Source: the human T2T-CHM13v2.0 reference genome, Homo sapiens. From it: a DNA stretch of 64,000 nucleotides. The notes under the pieces were generated by a model. The model was not told the DNA's origin and did not search any database. It saw nothing but the letters and a program-made list of their open reading frames with translations. The stretch's first letter is position 1. Each line of letters starts with the position of its first letter. Both the position numbers and the translations under genes were made by a program. Below, in pieces: positions 61,323 through 64,000 of the stretch. The stretch lies in the NCBI RefSeq assembly GCF_009914755.1, contig NC_060934.1. One strand, 5' to 3'.

Positions 61323-61586
61323 AAAAACAACATTTTAAAAGAAAGAAATACTGCATTACTCCTGCTGTGAAGGAGAATGCTATCTATTTGAGAAGCCAGA
61401 TGCACAAACCAACAAAAAAGGCATTTTGTATGTCAAAATACAAGACTAGATCTCTATGAATGTCAATACATGTTTGGACTCTGTTTTTTTTAGACATTTG
61501 CAACATTTAATGTGAAACTATAATTGTTTCATATTGTTTCCTGAAGATATTGATACAGTATAGGTCAAATGAAACACCAAAAGTAG

Positions 61587-64000
<2,414 letters not shown>

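Overview
Primate (catarrhine, human-like) genomic DNA rich in Alu, MIR, L2, MaLR LTR and DNA-transposon remnants. I found no intact protein-coding gene. Most ORFs in the track are chance ORFs or Alu/L1/microsatellite read-throughs. The centrepiece is a nested retro-complex at about 42.4-48.7 kb. An ancient MIR is split by a chimeric insertion whose 5' part is the 5' end of TRRAP mRNA (probable 5'UTR plus 44 codons) and whose 3' part is an L1MA-type LINE; both parts sit between one degenerate pair of target-site duplications (TSDs). This L1 later received an HMGB3 processed pseudogene (20-bp TSD), an Alu and a MER85 piggyBac MITE. Other oddities: an AluY flanked by ~93-bp direct repeats (giant TSD), a ~53-nt double-hairpin RNA retroposed with a tail and TSD, a perfect 74-bp tandem duplication, a probable templated insertion copied over ~1 kb, an Alu fragment without tail or TSD inside the HMGB3 3'UTR, and several AP-1/ARE/MEF2 motif clusters suggesting an enhancer landscape. 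Repeat subfamily names are from memory of consensus sequences, and repeat boundaries are approximate unless TSDs are quoted.
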